Translations under genes and position numbers: made by a program
Origin: Histomonas meleagridis 2922-C6/04-290x
Taxonomy: Eukaryota; Protista; Parabasalia
Direction of reading: 5' to 3'
Assembly (NCBI GenBank): GCA_020184695.1
Contig: JAANOX010000269.1
Location: 186,001-250,000, forward strand
DNA length: 64,000 nucleotides
The notes under the pieces: model-generated
What the model saw: only the letters and a program-made list of their open reading frames with translations
Told to the model about the DNA's origin: nothing
The model's database searches: none
In this document: piece by piece, positions 42,439 through 54,680 of the stretch
Position numbering within the stretch: the first letter of the stretch is position 1
Layout of the letters: each line of letters starts with the position of its first letter

Positions 42439-43290
42439 CTATTTTGTTAAGGCAAATATAAACAGAATTACCACTAGAACGAGAAGAATTAGCGCATACA
42501 TCCACATCCTTGATTTCTTTTGGTGTTTTGCTGCTTTTTCAATACTCTTATGAGCTGATTCAGCATTTTCCAATGAAACATTTATATTGTAATCGATTCT
42601 ATCAACAAGAGTTCCCTGTTCTGCAATAAGGCCTGCCAAGTCCATAAATATTTCGCGAACTTCCTCTGATCTACGTGCAAGCTCCTCAATCTGTTGGTTT
42701 TCCTCATAAGAAACATGCTGTTGAACTGATACAGGTGAATCTCCGAGTTGAAACGTTTTATAGTCTACAACATCATCGTCTTCTTGTTTCATAACAGAAA
42801 TGGAATTTTTATAACTAGCTTGAAAACTTTGTAGCTCTGCTTTAAATGAAGCCGAAAATTTATTATATTGATCTAAAAGATTTATTTTTATGTTGTGTAA
42901 GACTTGTGCTCGATCTGGAAATTCTTCATTTGATATATCAAAAAAGGATATTTTCTGATAAATTTTTGCTAAGTTTTGGTTTATGTTAGATGTAAGTGAT
43001 TCAACAGTGTTAATTTGTGAATGAGAATCTGCAAAAGTTGGTCTCAAGCACTTACGTTGTTCTTTTAATAGTTCTGAAAAGGCAATAGACACTCGCTTTA
43101 AATCTGATTTTATTTCATAAGCTAATTGGAAAAATGATTCAAGAGGACTTGAATCTTCAGTATCGTGTTCAAGCAAGTATAAATTATCTGTTTCTGAAGA
43201 AGAAGAATTCTTTTTATCAATTCCGCCTATTCTTGATGATATAAGCACTGTTGTTTTGTCTCTACTTGCTCCGATTGTAGGCAGGAACAT
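42439..43290 (-). CDS. STX16: Syntaxin-16/Tlg2-like Qa-SNARE
   Basis: Habc region, then EVREIFMDLAGLIAEQGTLVDRIDYNI...KAAKHQKK and a C-terminal TM. Confidence 0.82.
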   Translation of the reverse strand: MFLPTIGASRDKTTVLISSRIGGIDKKNSSSSETDNLYLLEHDTEDSSPLESFFQLAYEIKSDLKRVSIAFSELLKEQRKCLRPTFADSHSQINTVESLTSNINQNLAKIYQKISFFDISNEEFPDRAQVLHNIKINLLDQYNKFSASFKAELQSFQASYKNSISVMKQEDDDVVDYKTFQLGDSPVSVQQHVSYEENQQIEELARRSEEVREIFMDLAGLIAEQGTLVDRIDYNINVSLENAESAHKSIEKAAKHQKKSRMWMYALILLVLVVILFIFALTK

Positions 43291-44492
43291 TAACGAGTAT
43301 TCAATTATTCATAAATTATACAAAAACAAACGTTTTTAGCAACAAATTGAATGCAAAATGATCCATTACGATAGAGTTCGAAAATGGAACTTTAAAAATG
43401 ATTCTTATGAAGTTTGTTAATCTTTTAATTGGCAAATAGTTTTTCAACCATATTTAAAACATAGATAGGTCATCATTATGATATATTGTAAAAATAAAAG
43501 AAATTGTAAAATTATCAAATTTTTCATTCATGAATTTTTTGCAATCAAACATACCTATTTAATAGACCATACAAAGAGAAACTTATCTATATTCAAAAAG
43601 TAAATAAAACAACTCAGTTATGGTAATTTTACTAAGATTTAAGTACTTATCTAAATTTGTAATTAACAATTTTTCAATTTATTTGTATATATTTTTCAGA
43701 TTTTATTTGTGATTCAGTTTTGCCAAATATTATACAGTCTAGTTGTTTCATATAAAATATAAATTGTGGAATTTGACTTCTATAAAAAATAGATTGACAT
43801 GAATGTTCCTTTTCATTTGTGATTTTCAATTTTTATATTTATGATGTTCAATTTTCTTTCTTCCTTCACCATTTGAGAAATGAGGAAATTCTTGATGCTC
43901 TTCAAAAGAAAGATGAAGATGATCTTGTATCAGATATAGATCTTTGAAAGGAATATTTTGATACAGGATTAAATGATATCGCAAATATATCCAAATTATG
44001 AGATATTCATTGGATCCAATGCATTTAACCTTTATGCTTCATTAAATCATAAATATTCATAACAATATGAACTGTAGCATGTAGCTCAAGTAAAAGTATT
44101 CAATTTATTGATTCTTCATTTTACAAAAAATATATTTTATTCAGTTATTAAATATTTAAAATTCTAAATAGTATCACAACCAATTAACCTTATGTTTTTG
44201 ATTGATGGAGTAATTTTAATGCAGTTATAATTAGAGAAAAAGTTCAAACAATTAAATATTATGAAAAATTATATTTTCGAAAATATAACAATAATTTGAA
44301 ATGTATATTTTTCACTATGGTGATATAGAACAAAATATTAAAGCCACAGTCTATGTTTTAATGCAAAAGCCTTAAAGCACAGTAATCACATTATTCTTTG
44401 CATACAGTTCACATTAAGTGTTATCTTTATGTCAAAGTTTCTTTTATCAAAGCCATTTTCGTAAGCAATTATTAAAAAGTACAAATAGCATA

Positions 44493-46200
44493 ATGACAAA
44501 GAAGGTGTTTGATGATCAAAAAGATATTGATGAGTTAAACACTAAACTTTTAGCACTTACTTCTAATGAACCAAAAGTTCGTGATCCAGGTTCAGAAATA
44601 ATATTTCAAAAAATGAAATCTGACCCACTTCAATTTGCACGTATCTGTGGAGGCGTTCTTAATCAAGCCAATCTCCCATCATCGTCTCACACTCAGGCAT
44701 TAAATTGTATTGATCATATCATCACTCCTGATAATGATGTTAAAATCGAATTTATTAGGGGAAAATGGATGAGCTTTGACAAAGAAAAGCGCGATTTCAT
44801 TAAAAGCTCTATTCTTTGTGTGTTAACTTTACCAGACAAAAATGTTGCAAATGAAGCATCACAAACATTAAAAATTATATCCACTCATTGAGCAATTACT
44901 TGCTATTATCCAATCTTCAGAATACAATGATGATATACATTTATCATGTATCAATACCCTCAATAAAATTTGTTCTGAAGGTATTCTTGATGACATGATA
45001 CAAACAGATGAAGTTAAAGAAGTTCTCTCAAAGATTTTTTGATTCTATTGGCAAGCTTTTTGTCAACAAGAATAATCCAGAAAACATACAAATCTCAATA
45101 TGCAATGTATTAAACACATTAATATCAATTTCAGCACCACTCTTTTATCCCCCACAAGTTTTTAACCAATTTGTTACCCTCGTTACCAATCACCTCGCTG
45201 ATAATCCTCCTCAATTACTTCATCAACATTTGATACAACTTTTGACTTCACTCACATTGAAATTTTATGAGAGCGACGGTTTCAATTTCAATGGTATCGG
45301 CTCTATCGTCCTCAAATATCTATTTGATGAAAAAACCCCAGAAAAAATCTTTAACGTTCTCGACTTTTGGATCGAACTCACGAAACTTGAAAAAAAAATG
45401 CCCAAGAAATCCAATTCAAACAAAGGTATGAAAATCTGGTTGAAGAACGGCACTCATCAATTAAAACCAGGTTACCACCACATATTAAATCCACAACTCT
45501 AACGGGAGATTTGATCCAATCCAATACTCGATAATATCATTCCTCGTTTAATGAGTATGTTAGGGCTTATGCCCGATGGTCAAAGAGAATCGGACTTGGT
45601 GAACAAGTTATTCATCATAAGGCATATCAAGTTCTTTCTAACATCTATGAATATCATCCTGATAAAGTATTTTCTTATGTTACAAAATATTGGGCGTACA
45701 ATAATCCTTTTTCTTGCACGTATCCAATTCTCCATTCCTTATTATTAACAATAGCGATTATTTCACTTCCACCTCAATCACCTCAACAAGCAAATGATAT
45801 CTATAAATATTTAACAAGAAATCTTTTGACTGAAGGTGAATTTTATATTAGCAAATTTTTAATTCAAACAATTGATCATCCAATTAATCGAGTCTCAGAT
45901 ACAGCACTTTATGTTATTCGTTTGTTATTAGAAAACTTTGATTTGTATATGGAAGATGAATTTCTTTTTATTTTACTTAGACAAATGCAAAAACATTTCA
46001 TGAGACATCCGATTATTACTGAACGAGTTTTTTCTGTTATTAATCAAATAGTTTTAAGATGTTATAATTCAAATAAAATAACATTATTTGAAAAGCATTA
46101 TGAACATTTAATAAGTTTTTGTACACAAATTTTAAGTAATCCAAATGACGTAACACAAAATGTAATTGTAAGGCACGGAAGGCAATGTGCTGTTAAATAG
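44493..46200 (+). pseudogene. Importin-beta (karyopherin) family pseudogene
   Basis: IBN_N-like N-terminus (IRGKWMSFDKEKRDFIKSSILCVLT...ANEASQTL) and VLDFWIELTKLE. HEAT-like helices continue across at least 5 frameshifts (~44885, ~45040, ~45395, ~45525, ~45600). Confidence 0.72.
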
Positions 46201-46569
46201 AGCTCTAAAAATTATCAATTGGTATTATTCGCTTATTGTATATCTCTGCCTAATAGAAGAAAAGATGAAAGAGAATTAAAACAAAAGTCAAAAGAGATAT
46301 TTGAAATGATGAAAAAGGCATAATAAGTACGTCACTTTTAGAATAAACATAAAAGTGGCAGTGTCATTAACATATTGAATACTTATCTTATTTTATGGAA
46401 TTTATAAATTGTTAAAATTTAACGATGGGAACAGTTTTATTTGATACCGCGACAACAATTTCGTAATCTCCTCCAAGTTGCAAGATCTTCTGCCAGTGTC
46501 TAAATAGAAAACGCTCTTTCCTTATATGTTACAAACAGGATGAGACATTATGTATCCAAGTGAGAAAAT

Positions 46570-46592
46570 AAAAAAAAAAAAAAAAAAAAAAA
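46570..46592 (+). repeat. Poly(A) tract, 23 nt
   Basis: Direct reading of the sequence. Confidence 0.85.
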
Positions 46593-47252
46593 TTGTAAAA
46601 ATGTTATTAGATAAATGATGAAATTGTAAGTAAAAAGAGCCGCAAAGCGATTGAGCGGATGTCTGAGGAAACAGATTCAAGAAGCCAAATCAAACTTTGA
46701 TATGAAATGAATAAAAATGTTTTCAGTTATATCTCTGATTGTGGACTTACGTTCTCTGTAAGTGATTTTCCTATTTTCTTCATTTGTTGAAGAATTACAA
46801 AGTAATGTTTTAAATTCACTAGTTTTATTAACAACAATGACTTTTTTGCCTTGCAATTCACAATAAATTTCTTAGGCTTTGGAGTTGAACTGTTCCTTGT
46901 AAATCCAAAAAACGCAAGGGAAAAATAAGATCATTAACACGATTTAATGCTTTACATATAAAATTTATTTTCCTTACTGGTAATTATTTTATTACACGTT
47001 TATATAGAAATCCAAAGCAACTGATAATTTGGATAAACAAAAAAATGTAAAAAATGTGCACGAATAGATGATTTTTCACTTTGCTTAGTTTTCCCATAAT
47101 GACACCCAGGAATAAAGACGTTAAGTCATTTCACATTGAAAAAAACGATGAATTATCATGTTTTGAATCGAACGATAAAATAATCTTTACAAACATTGCT
47201 AACGATACACATTCAAAGCAAAAACGTAACCTCAAAACTTAAGCAATAATAA

Positions 47253-48209
47253 ATGTCAGTTTTCAACTGGGTTCGAGGCCAAGTCTCTAAGAAGAAACGT
47301 CGTCTTAAGGAAGGTCATTTTGACCTTGATCTTTCATATATTAATGATAGAATCATTGCTATGGGATATCCCGCTCAAGGTTTTGAATCACTTTATCGTA
47401 ATAGCTTCAACGACGTCAAAGAATTTCTTGATGAAAAGCATGGAGATAACTATATGATTTATAATCTTTGTTCTGAACGAAGTTATAATCCCGAAGATTT
47501 TTGTAATCGAGTTCAACGCTTTCCATTTGATGATCACAATCCACCCAAGCTTGACATGATTCGTCAATTTTGTAATCATGCCTCAGAATGGTTATCATCA
47601 GATCCACAACATGTTGTAGTTGTCCATTGTAAAGCAGGGAAAGGTCGCACAGGCACAATGATTTGTTCTCTTCTTCTCCATTTAGGCCTATACAAGAGTT
47701 CACAAGAAGCCATGCAACATTATGCCGAGAATCGAACATTAAATGAAAAAGGCATCACGATTCCATCACAAATTCGATATGTTCGCTATTATGAGCAATA
47801 TCTTAATGGCGGTTTTGATCGCAATATTCCATTTGTTCCAAGCCCATGCTTAGTAAAACGCGTCCGATTTGTCGGAATCCCACCTCAATACTTTCCCGGT
47901 GTTACAACACTCCAATTGTACCTAATGGACGCCGAAGAAGTGTTCGAAAGTAATGGGAACAATTTGGATGGGCCAACACGAAATGAAGACGAGAGATCGC
48001 TCGACTATAATTTGGACGGATGCTTCCCTTCGCTTGTCGGAGACTTCAAAATCTCCGCGATGAAAAACGGGAAAGAAATTTGGTACATTTGGCTCAACTC
48101 GGAATTTGTGAAAGAAGACGAAATCTTCTTCGCAACTGACGTCGATAAGGCGTCGAAATCGAAAGTGTTTACTGATGAGTTCCAAATGGAAGTTTATGCG
48201 TCACATTAA
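47253..48209 (+). CDS. PTEN: PTEN-like phosphoinositide phosphatase with C2 domain
   Basis: VSKKKRR...FDLDLSYI N-terminus, FPFDDHNPP (WPD-loop equivalent), VHCKAGKGRTG active site and GITIPSQIRYVRYY. Confidence 0.95.
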   Translation: MSVFNWVRGQVSKKKRRLKEGHFDLDLSYINDRIIAMGYPAQGFESLYRNSFNDVKEFLDEKHGDNYMIYNLCSERSYNPEDFCNRVQRFPFDDHNPPKLDMIRQFCNHASEWLSSDPQHVVVVHCKAGKGRTGTMICSLLLHLGLYKSSQEAMQHYAENRTLNEKGITIPSQIRYVRYYEQYLNGGFDRNIPFVPSPCLVKRVRFVGIPPQYFPGVTTLQLYLMDAEEVFESNGNNLDGPTRNEDERSLDYNLDGCFPSLVGDFKISAMKNGKEIWYIWLNSEFVKEDEIFFATDVDKASKSKVFTDEFQMEVYASH

Positions 48210-48893
48210 AGTTTTAGTTGTAAATTAAATCCGAATTATTATTATATTTTGAGATAATTAAAATTATAAATGTTATTTCACGTGAAATATATCAAAAATT
48301 TTTTTATCGTTATAACGAATTTATTTATATAATTATTTTTTGTTTACATCTGTAATCGTTCATTTGAAAAAAATTCATATATTTAACTGCAGGAAAAAAA
48401 TTGTATATGTTGCTAAGAAATTTAATATTGGTTAGAAATGAACTATTTAGAGCCATCTCAAGTAATTTTGAATATTAGTTGAAATTCTAACTTGGGTTTA
48501 TTTCTCAGATAATGATTTTAAGCCTTATCGTGTTGCAACATAGTTTGTATGAATTGCAAAGGTTTGCATTTTTAATAGATTCTTGAAATGCTGTGATGGT
48601 TGAAACGAAAATCACCCAAAATACAAATACAATTTTCTAGACAATACATTGAAATGGAAATTAATTGGCGAGAAAATCTATGCGTAATTGATATTTGCTA
48701 ATTTCGCCATGAGCAGTTAAGGTGCCTTATCTAAAACTTTTCTTAGCACCTTATACTGTGAATCAATTAAATAAAATTTTTGACGAAAATCAAGAAATTT
48801 ACATGCGTATGAAAAATATGCAAAACACATGTTTTTGATCTCAATATACTGCTCATTAGCTAATGAGAGCTACCCAACATTAAACTTATATTT

Positions 48894-51044
48894 TTATAAA
48901 ATTTCATCTTCATCATTAATAATAATTCTTTCTTGACCATGAAATAGTTTAATGATTTCTGTATAACCATTTGTAGATGCGTACAGAAGTGCTGTATTAA
49001 ATAATTTAAATAATTTCCAAATATTATTTTGAAATAAAAAATTATTAAAATAAATATCAAATAAAACAAATAAATATTTTTAGCATTAATATGAATTCCT
49101 TCTTGTTCAAGAAGTAATTTAACTATTTCTGTATGACCATTTATAGATGCTCTAATAAGTGCTGTATCATCTAATTAAAAAAATTTCCATATAATATTTT
49201 GAAATATAAAATTATTAAAATTAAGATTAAATAAAACAAATAAATGTTTTTAAGATTAATATCAATTCCTTCATGTTCAAGAAGTAATTTAACGATTACT
49301 GTATGACCATATTCAGATGCTTTCATAAGTGCTGTATAAAATAATTTAAATAATTTCCAAATATTATTTTGAAATCCAGAAATATTAAAATAAATATCAA
49401 ATAAAACAAATAAATATCTTTAGCATTAATATCAATTTCTTTTTATTCAAGAAGTAATTTAACTATTTCTGTATGTCCATTATTAGATGCATACATAAGT
49501 GCTGTCCAAAACAATTTGAATAATTTCCAAATATTATTTTGTAATATCAAATAAAACAAATAAATATCTTTAGCATTAATATCAATTCCTTCTTGTTCAA
49601 GAAGTAATTTGACTATTTTTATATGACCATTTAAAGATGCTTTCATAAGTGCTGTTTCAAATAATTTGAATAATTTTCAAATATTATTTTTAAATTGTAA
49701 ATTATTGAAATAAATATTAAATAAAACAAATAAATATTTTTTGCATTAATATCAATTTCTTTTTGTTCAAGAAGTAATTTAACAATTTTCATGTGACCAT
49801 TTTCAGATGCTCTAATAAGTGCTGTATCATCTAATTAAAACAATTTCCAAATATTATTTTGAAACATCAAATGATTAAAATAAATATCAAATAAAACATA
49901 TAAATATCTTTAGCATTTATATCAAAACATTTTTGCCCAAGAAGTAATTTAATGAGTTCATAATTTTTTGATTTTGCTGAAAATACTAAAATATTTTTTG
50001 GAATTTGATTATTTTGAGCATAATATTCAACTAGATATAAATTTCCGTTTCTTGCTGATTCATTAATTACAGGATTTTTGTTTTCAACAATATTTTCTTC
50101 CAATAATGAAAGAATTTTATAATTTCCTTTTTCTATACAAAAACATTCCAAATTTTGGCTTAATTCTTCAATTTTATTTTCATAAAGATATTTAAATATA
50201 TCATTTCGATGAAACATAATTGCAGCTTCAAATGCGCCTATAAATGATGAGTGATTTTGTTCACATAAATGAATAATTTCTTCATTTCCGCCTGCAACAG
50301 CATATCCACCTGTGTTTTCTACTTTTGAACCATTCATAAGTAAATATTTAAAACATTTAATCGCAGAAAAAAATGCAGCATAATCAATTAATGTAACATT
50401 TTCTTTATTAATAAAGTCACATCTTTCATAAAGTGATGGTTCAATTTTTTGGTTAAAATCAAAATTTGGTTGTGATGATATTTCTTGAAGTTTTTCCATT
50501 TCATCATTTCGAATTATTTTCGCAAGTTCATTTGGATTATGTCCTTCTTTAACATATTTCTTATGAAGCGCCCAATCATTCTTCGAAAGTTTTTTATATT
50601 TTTCTCTAAGTGTATCTTCGAATTGATTCTTGCGATATTTGCTTTTATTTTCTTCCTCTGTTTGGTGGTAATGTACAAAATATGGAAAATCGATTTTTTT
50701 GTTACATCTTTATCAATTAAATTTATTTCAAGCATTTTTTCAATTATGTAAAATGATTCTTGTGAATTGATATCAACTAAATTGTTAGTAAAAATTTCAA
50801 TAATTTTTTGAATATTTTTATTTATTTCTTCTTCTTTTGTTTGAATTATTTCTAAATATTTAAAATATATATTGTTCACATCCTTTTGTGTAAAAAATAC
50901 AAAATAAATCAAATTACTTAAGATAGAATTAAATGAATATGGATGATTTGTATCAAATATTTTCATTGTTTGATCGACTGTAAATTCAAAATTTTCTTCT
51001 TTTAAATTAAATATAATTTTCTCTAATTCTAAAAGCAATTCCAT
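48894..51044 (-). pseudogene. Paralogous ankyrin-repeat gene with 6 intervening sequences; one frameshift and one premature TAA
   Basis: Same N-terminal family as 23977 (ELLLELEKIIFNL, LIDYAAFF, YAVAGGNEEIIHLCEQNHSSF). Frameshift at a 7-A run near 50697. Modules are 49825-49736, 49655-49566, 49505-49416 (GAA TAA replacing E-Q), 49335-49246, 49165-49076 and terminal 48995-48894 TALLYASTNG...EDEIL*. Confidence 0.75.
48996..49905 (-). other. Second array of 6 conserved intervening sequences (non GT-AG)
   Basis: 49826-49905, 49656-49735, 49506-49565 (60 nt, internal 20-nt deletion), 49336-49415, 49166-49245 and 48996-49075. Same consensus and same position in the repeat as the 25726-27002 array. 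Confidence 0.85.
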
Positions 51045-51388
51045 TTAAATTTATTTTCAGTGAGAGTTTTATTTCGTCTTGATTCCTTGTTTCAGTCGAC
51101 AAAATGGGAATTCACAGAATTATTTGGAAAGTGCTTGCTCAGATAAATAAACGGTGGAAAATTCTTCAATTAAAAATCATTTTTCTTAATGTATTCTCAA
51201 CATTATGAAAATCATATTTTATACCAATACAAACCTTGTGCATGTATGTGCATCAAAGGCTGAAATGAAAATATCTAATTTTAATTTTTTTAATTTCATA
51301 AATATGAAGACAAATGTGTACACATTGTTTAATTAAATTTCGCAAACCATTAAAAACAGATAAAATATATTTGAATTTACATAAAAAA

Positions 51389-53338
51389 TTATTTCTCATC
51401 AAGAAACTTTGATAATTCGTCATCTTCACCAAATGGATTTGGTATTTGTTCACTTAATATATCATTTTGCGCGATTTCATTTTCCCCATTTTCGCTTTCA
51501 TTTTCTTCTTCCGCAGCGATTTGTTCTTCGAGAAACCTTTCGAATTCCGTTTTAACTTCCGATTTTTCCTTTGGAACAATTTCAATGTTTTTGTCCTCAT
51601 TTTCGTCTTCATTTACTTCTTTGTTTCCGACTTCGATTTCGTATTTCTTCGGCATTTCAAACGATTTGATTTGGAGTCCGAAGTTTTCCGCTTCTTCCGG
51701 AAATATCTTCCAAAACAAAACTTTAAACCAATCGAACAAAACCTCATTTAACTTGTTATTAATCTCAAACTCTTTTTGCGGTATTGGATCTTCATTAAAT
51801 TCATTTAGGATCGGAGCAATGCTATTTTGTAATTTTAATAATTTCTCTTTTTCATTCTTTATATGTAGTGCTTTCTCGCCAGCATTAATTATAGATAAAA
51901 TCTTTTCGACAATATTCTTGAATTTATTGTTATTCCCAACTATTTGAAGATTTTTTTTGTTCGTTGAACAAAACATGAAAAGTGACACTTTACCCAGCGG
52001 CTGAAACCGCAGGAATTGAAAAAGTGAAATCAAAACGTACTCTATTGAATTTTGATTGACTTTTGGATTTGAGAACATTTTTTTGGCAAACACAAAAATT
52101 CTATTGGCAGAAAAATACGACAGGTTAGCGGTTGTTGCAGACAAATTCGTAATTATTCCAATGATGAAAGGAACAATCGAAATATTTGCATCGAAGTTAT
52201 CATTATTCAAAGGGTTTGTTATTACTTCTATTATCAAATCCGATACCGTTCCACGATGAGGTTTTATTAAATTAGTATTAAAAACTCCTACAAACGGAGT
52301 ATTAAGTTTAATTAGTGCCGAATAATTTGATATAATTTTACTTAAAATTAATAAAATTAATGTATGGAAAAATGTAATATTTTGCTCTTCATATTTGATT
52401 TCATATAAAAACAAAATAGATGAAATATAATCATTAGATAAATCATAGACAGATATAAACTCAATAAAAGTAGGAAATCGATGCATAATTACAAGTAATA
52501 ATGTGATGTAATAATCCGAAAACTTTTTCACTTTTTCAATGACGTAAAATGAATTAGATGAATATGATGAAACTTGTAAAAGCGGAGAAAAGCAGTGATT
52601 GATGATGTTTTGATCAATGTTTTGTAACCTCCATGAATTACAACTTAATAAGGATGGTAATGAAAAGGTTACTAATGATTTGATAAAGTGAAATGCTTGT
52701 GGAGATTTATTATGTAAGAGAACTTCTGGTATAAGATGGAAAAAAGTGGGTAAAAAAGAACTGGATTGAAAAGTCTCAAAGGATAACATGTATGGAGTAG
52801 GTATTGCCTTTGGTTGATCATTTAAACTATCCGCATTTTGGATAAACAAAAGAGTTTTGACATACGTAAGACGAATGGAAAGAAGATTATTTTGAAGGAT
52901 TTGATTTATTGGTTGCGAAAATTGAAGTAGACGTTGAAGTGTTTGAATTAAAGTTGAAATTGGTGATAATGCAGATAAATAAACACCTGGCATTTTAAAC
53001 CATGGTGAGTTCTGTGGTGGTTCGTGAGATATAGAAAGCAAAAAACATATAAAGTTACAAACACCAATAAACGATGGATTTTGTACATTTTCTGAATCAC
53101 TTATTTTTGATGCTTTAGAAAATGCATCAACTGTAACTTTTATTAAATGTGCTAAATTATTGGGATAGTTTTCTTTTATTTCTAGAAATAAAGATTTGAT
53201 TTCTGGCGAATATGTAAAATTACCAATTGATTTAATAGAAAAATTATTCCATACTTGATGGTCTGGTGGGCAATTTTCTTGTTTTAGTATTTGTATTGAA
53301 GATGTAATATTACTACTAAAAGAAACAACACCCCCCAT
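51389..53338 (-). CDS. HID1: HID1/Ecm30 (dymeclin superfamily) Golgi protein
   Basis: ATG 53338 gives MG (myristoylation-type start). Contains KLNTPF...HRGTVSDLII...IITNLSATTANLSYFSANRIF, similar to the HID1 core, and an acidic tail. Confidence 0.75.
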   Translation of the reverse strand: MGGVVSFSSNITSSIQILKQENCPPDHQVWNNFSIKSIGNFTYSPEIKSLFLEIKENYPNNLAHLIKVTVDAFSKASKISDSENVQNPSFIGVCNFICFLLSISHEPPQNSPWFKMPGVYLSALSPISTLIQTLQRLLQFSQPINQILQNNLLSIRLTYVKTLLFIQNADSLNDQPKAIPTPYMLSFETFQSSSFLPTFFHLIPEVLLHNKSPQAFHFIKSLVTFSLPSLLSCNSWRLQNIDQNIINHCFSPLLQVSSYSSNSFYVIEKVKKFSDYYITLLLVIMHRFPTFIEFISVYDLSNDYISSILFLYEIKYEEQNITFFHTLILLILSKIISNYSALIKLNTPFVGVFNTNLIKPHRGTVSDLIIEVITNPLNNDNFDANISIVPFIIGIITNLSATTANLSYFSANRIFVFAKKMFSNPKVNQNSIEYVLISLFQFLRFQPLGKVSLFMFCSTNKKNLQIVGNNNKFKNIVEKILSIINAGEKALHIKNEKEKLLKLQNSIAPILNEFNEDPIPQKEFEINNKLNEVLFDWFKVLFWKIFPEEAENFGLQIKSFEMPKKYEIEVGNKEVNEDENEDKNIEIVPKEKSEVKTEFERFLEEQIAAEEENESENGENEIAQNDILSEQIPNPFGEDDELSKFLDEK

Positions 53339-53420
53339 TTTAGATTTTTGGTGAGTTTTTTCATTGAAATTTTTATATAATTGAATTAAAATAATTTTGT
53401 CAAGTTTTTTACGATGGTAT

Positions 53421-53428
53421 GGCCGTTT
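53421..53428 (+). promoter_or_regulatory. M3-like motif GGCCGTTT in a 99-bp divergent promoter
   Basis: Lies 10-17 nt upstream of RhoGAP ATG 53438, between divergent ATGs 53338 and 53438. Confidence 0.45.
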
Positions 53429-53437
53429 ATTTAGAAA

Positions 53438-54205
53438 ATGTACGCACATTTTTTTACTAGAAGCTCTGATCAATTTGGTGGGAAAATATCATTTATAGTC
53501 ACTGATATTATTACTCAATTACGAAAGATGGATGCCAAAAAAGAAGAAGGAATATTTCGTCTAAATGGTGGCGGTAAAGAAATTCAACAACTTTGTGCCG
53601 AATTAGATAATGGAAGAGTAGTTGATTGGGATAAATACCAAAACCCTCATACATTAGCATGCGTTCTTAAAAAATATTATCGTGAAACTTATACAATCCA
53701 TCCTTTAATCCCAAGCTTTGTTTATAGTGAAGTACTTGACATACCAAGAATAGGTGGTGATACTGTAGCACAATTTAAAGCTGTATTTGCAAAAATCAAT
53801 CGAAGCACATATCAAGAACTTGCACTTTTAATGACTTATTTGCATGAAGTATCACTTGAATGCGAACAAAATAAGATGGATGCCTCTAATTTATCGCGTA
53901 TGTTTGGTCCAAACATATTATTATTAAAAGATGAAAATCCAGATATGATTGATGTCAAAAAACATGAAGCAAGAAATGCTGCCATTGAATTACTCATCCA
54001 AAACGCTGATAAGATATTTGAGGGATTTCAACTTTCACCTTTAAATGTTCTTAAAGATGAAGAAATACAAAAAATTTCACCAACTCAATTTTCTTATCAA
54101 GATATAGCAAACTCACTTAGGCTAAGAAAGCTAAGAATGAATTCATTAATCCCTTATCTACCAAAGGAATTTTATAATGCATCAAATTTTGTTCATCCAA
54201 AGTAA
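53438..54205 (+). CDS. RhoGAP-domain protein
   Basis: EEGIFRLNG (arginine finger), PHTLACVLKKYYRE and NKMDASNLSRMFGPNI. Confidence 0.92.
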   Translation: MYAHFFTRSSDQFGGKISFIVTDIITQLRKMDAKKEEGIFRLNGGGKEIQQLCAELDNGRVVDWDKYQNPHTLACVLKKYYRETYTIHPLIPSFVYSEVLDIPRIGGDTVAQFKAVFAKINRSTYQELALLMTYLHEVSLECEQNKMDASNLSRMFGPNILLLKDENPDMIDVKKHEARNAAIELLIQNADKIFEGFQLSPLNVLKDEEIQKISPTQFSYQDIANSLRLRKLRMNSLIPYLPKEFYNASNFVHPK

Positions 54206-54680
54206 AAAAAAAATTATTTGCATCTTAAGTTTGACCGATAGAAAATTCTGAAGATTTCGTATCAAAATCCAGTCAAAAACTTAAAATGTAAATATTTTTA
54301 GTAAACTCTTGCTATGTTCTCAATTTTTTATTAGCTTTAACATTAACTCTGTTTAATTTTTGGTAATAATAAGCCGCTGAAATATTTTAAACTCAATTAA
54401 AGAGAATTTGTACAAACATAAAATTTACTGAATCAGAGTTGTGATCAATTTTTCCTTCTTATTTTTATGATAACTTTTTTATTATTTAGAAGATGAAGAA
54501 TTTTTTCTTTCCAAGAAGCAATGTAGATATACATTTTAAATGGTTAAAAATCATTTCCAAGAATCAAATGTTGTACAAAAGTGCCATGTTGTGGCTCTTG
54601 TTGCCGATCAAATAAAGTATTTAATTATAATTCCATTGGAATTGTGAGTGTTTGTTTGGTTATATATATAACAACAAATT

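Noticed and set aside
46570-46592. Poly(A) tract as a retrotransposon or processed-pseudogene tail
   Set aside because: No target-site duplication or element body was recognised, and it is ~370 nt from the importin relic's last ORF. A-runs are common here.
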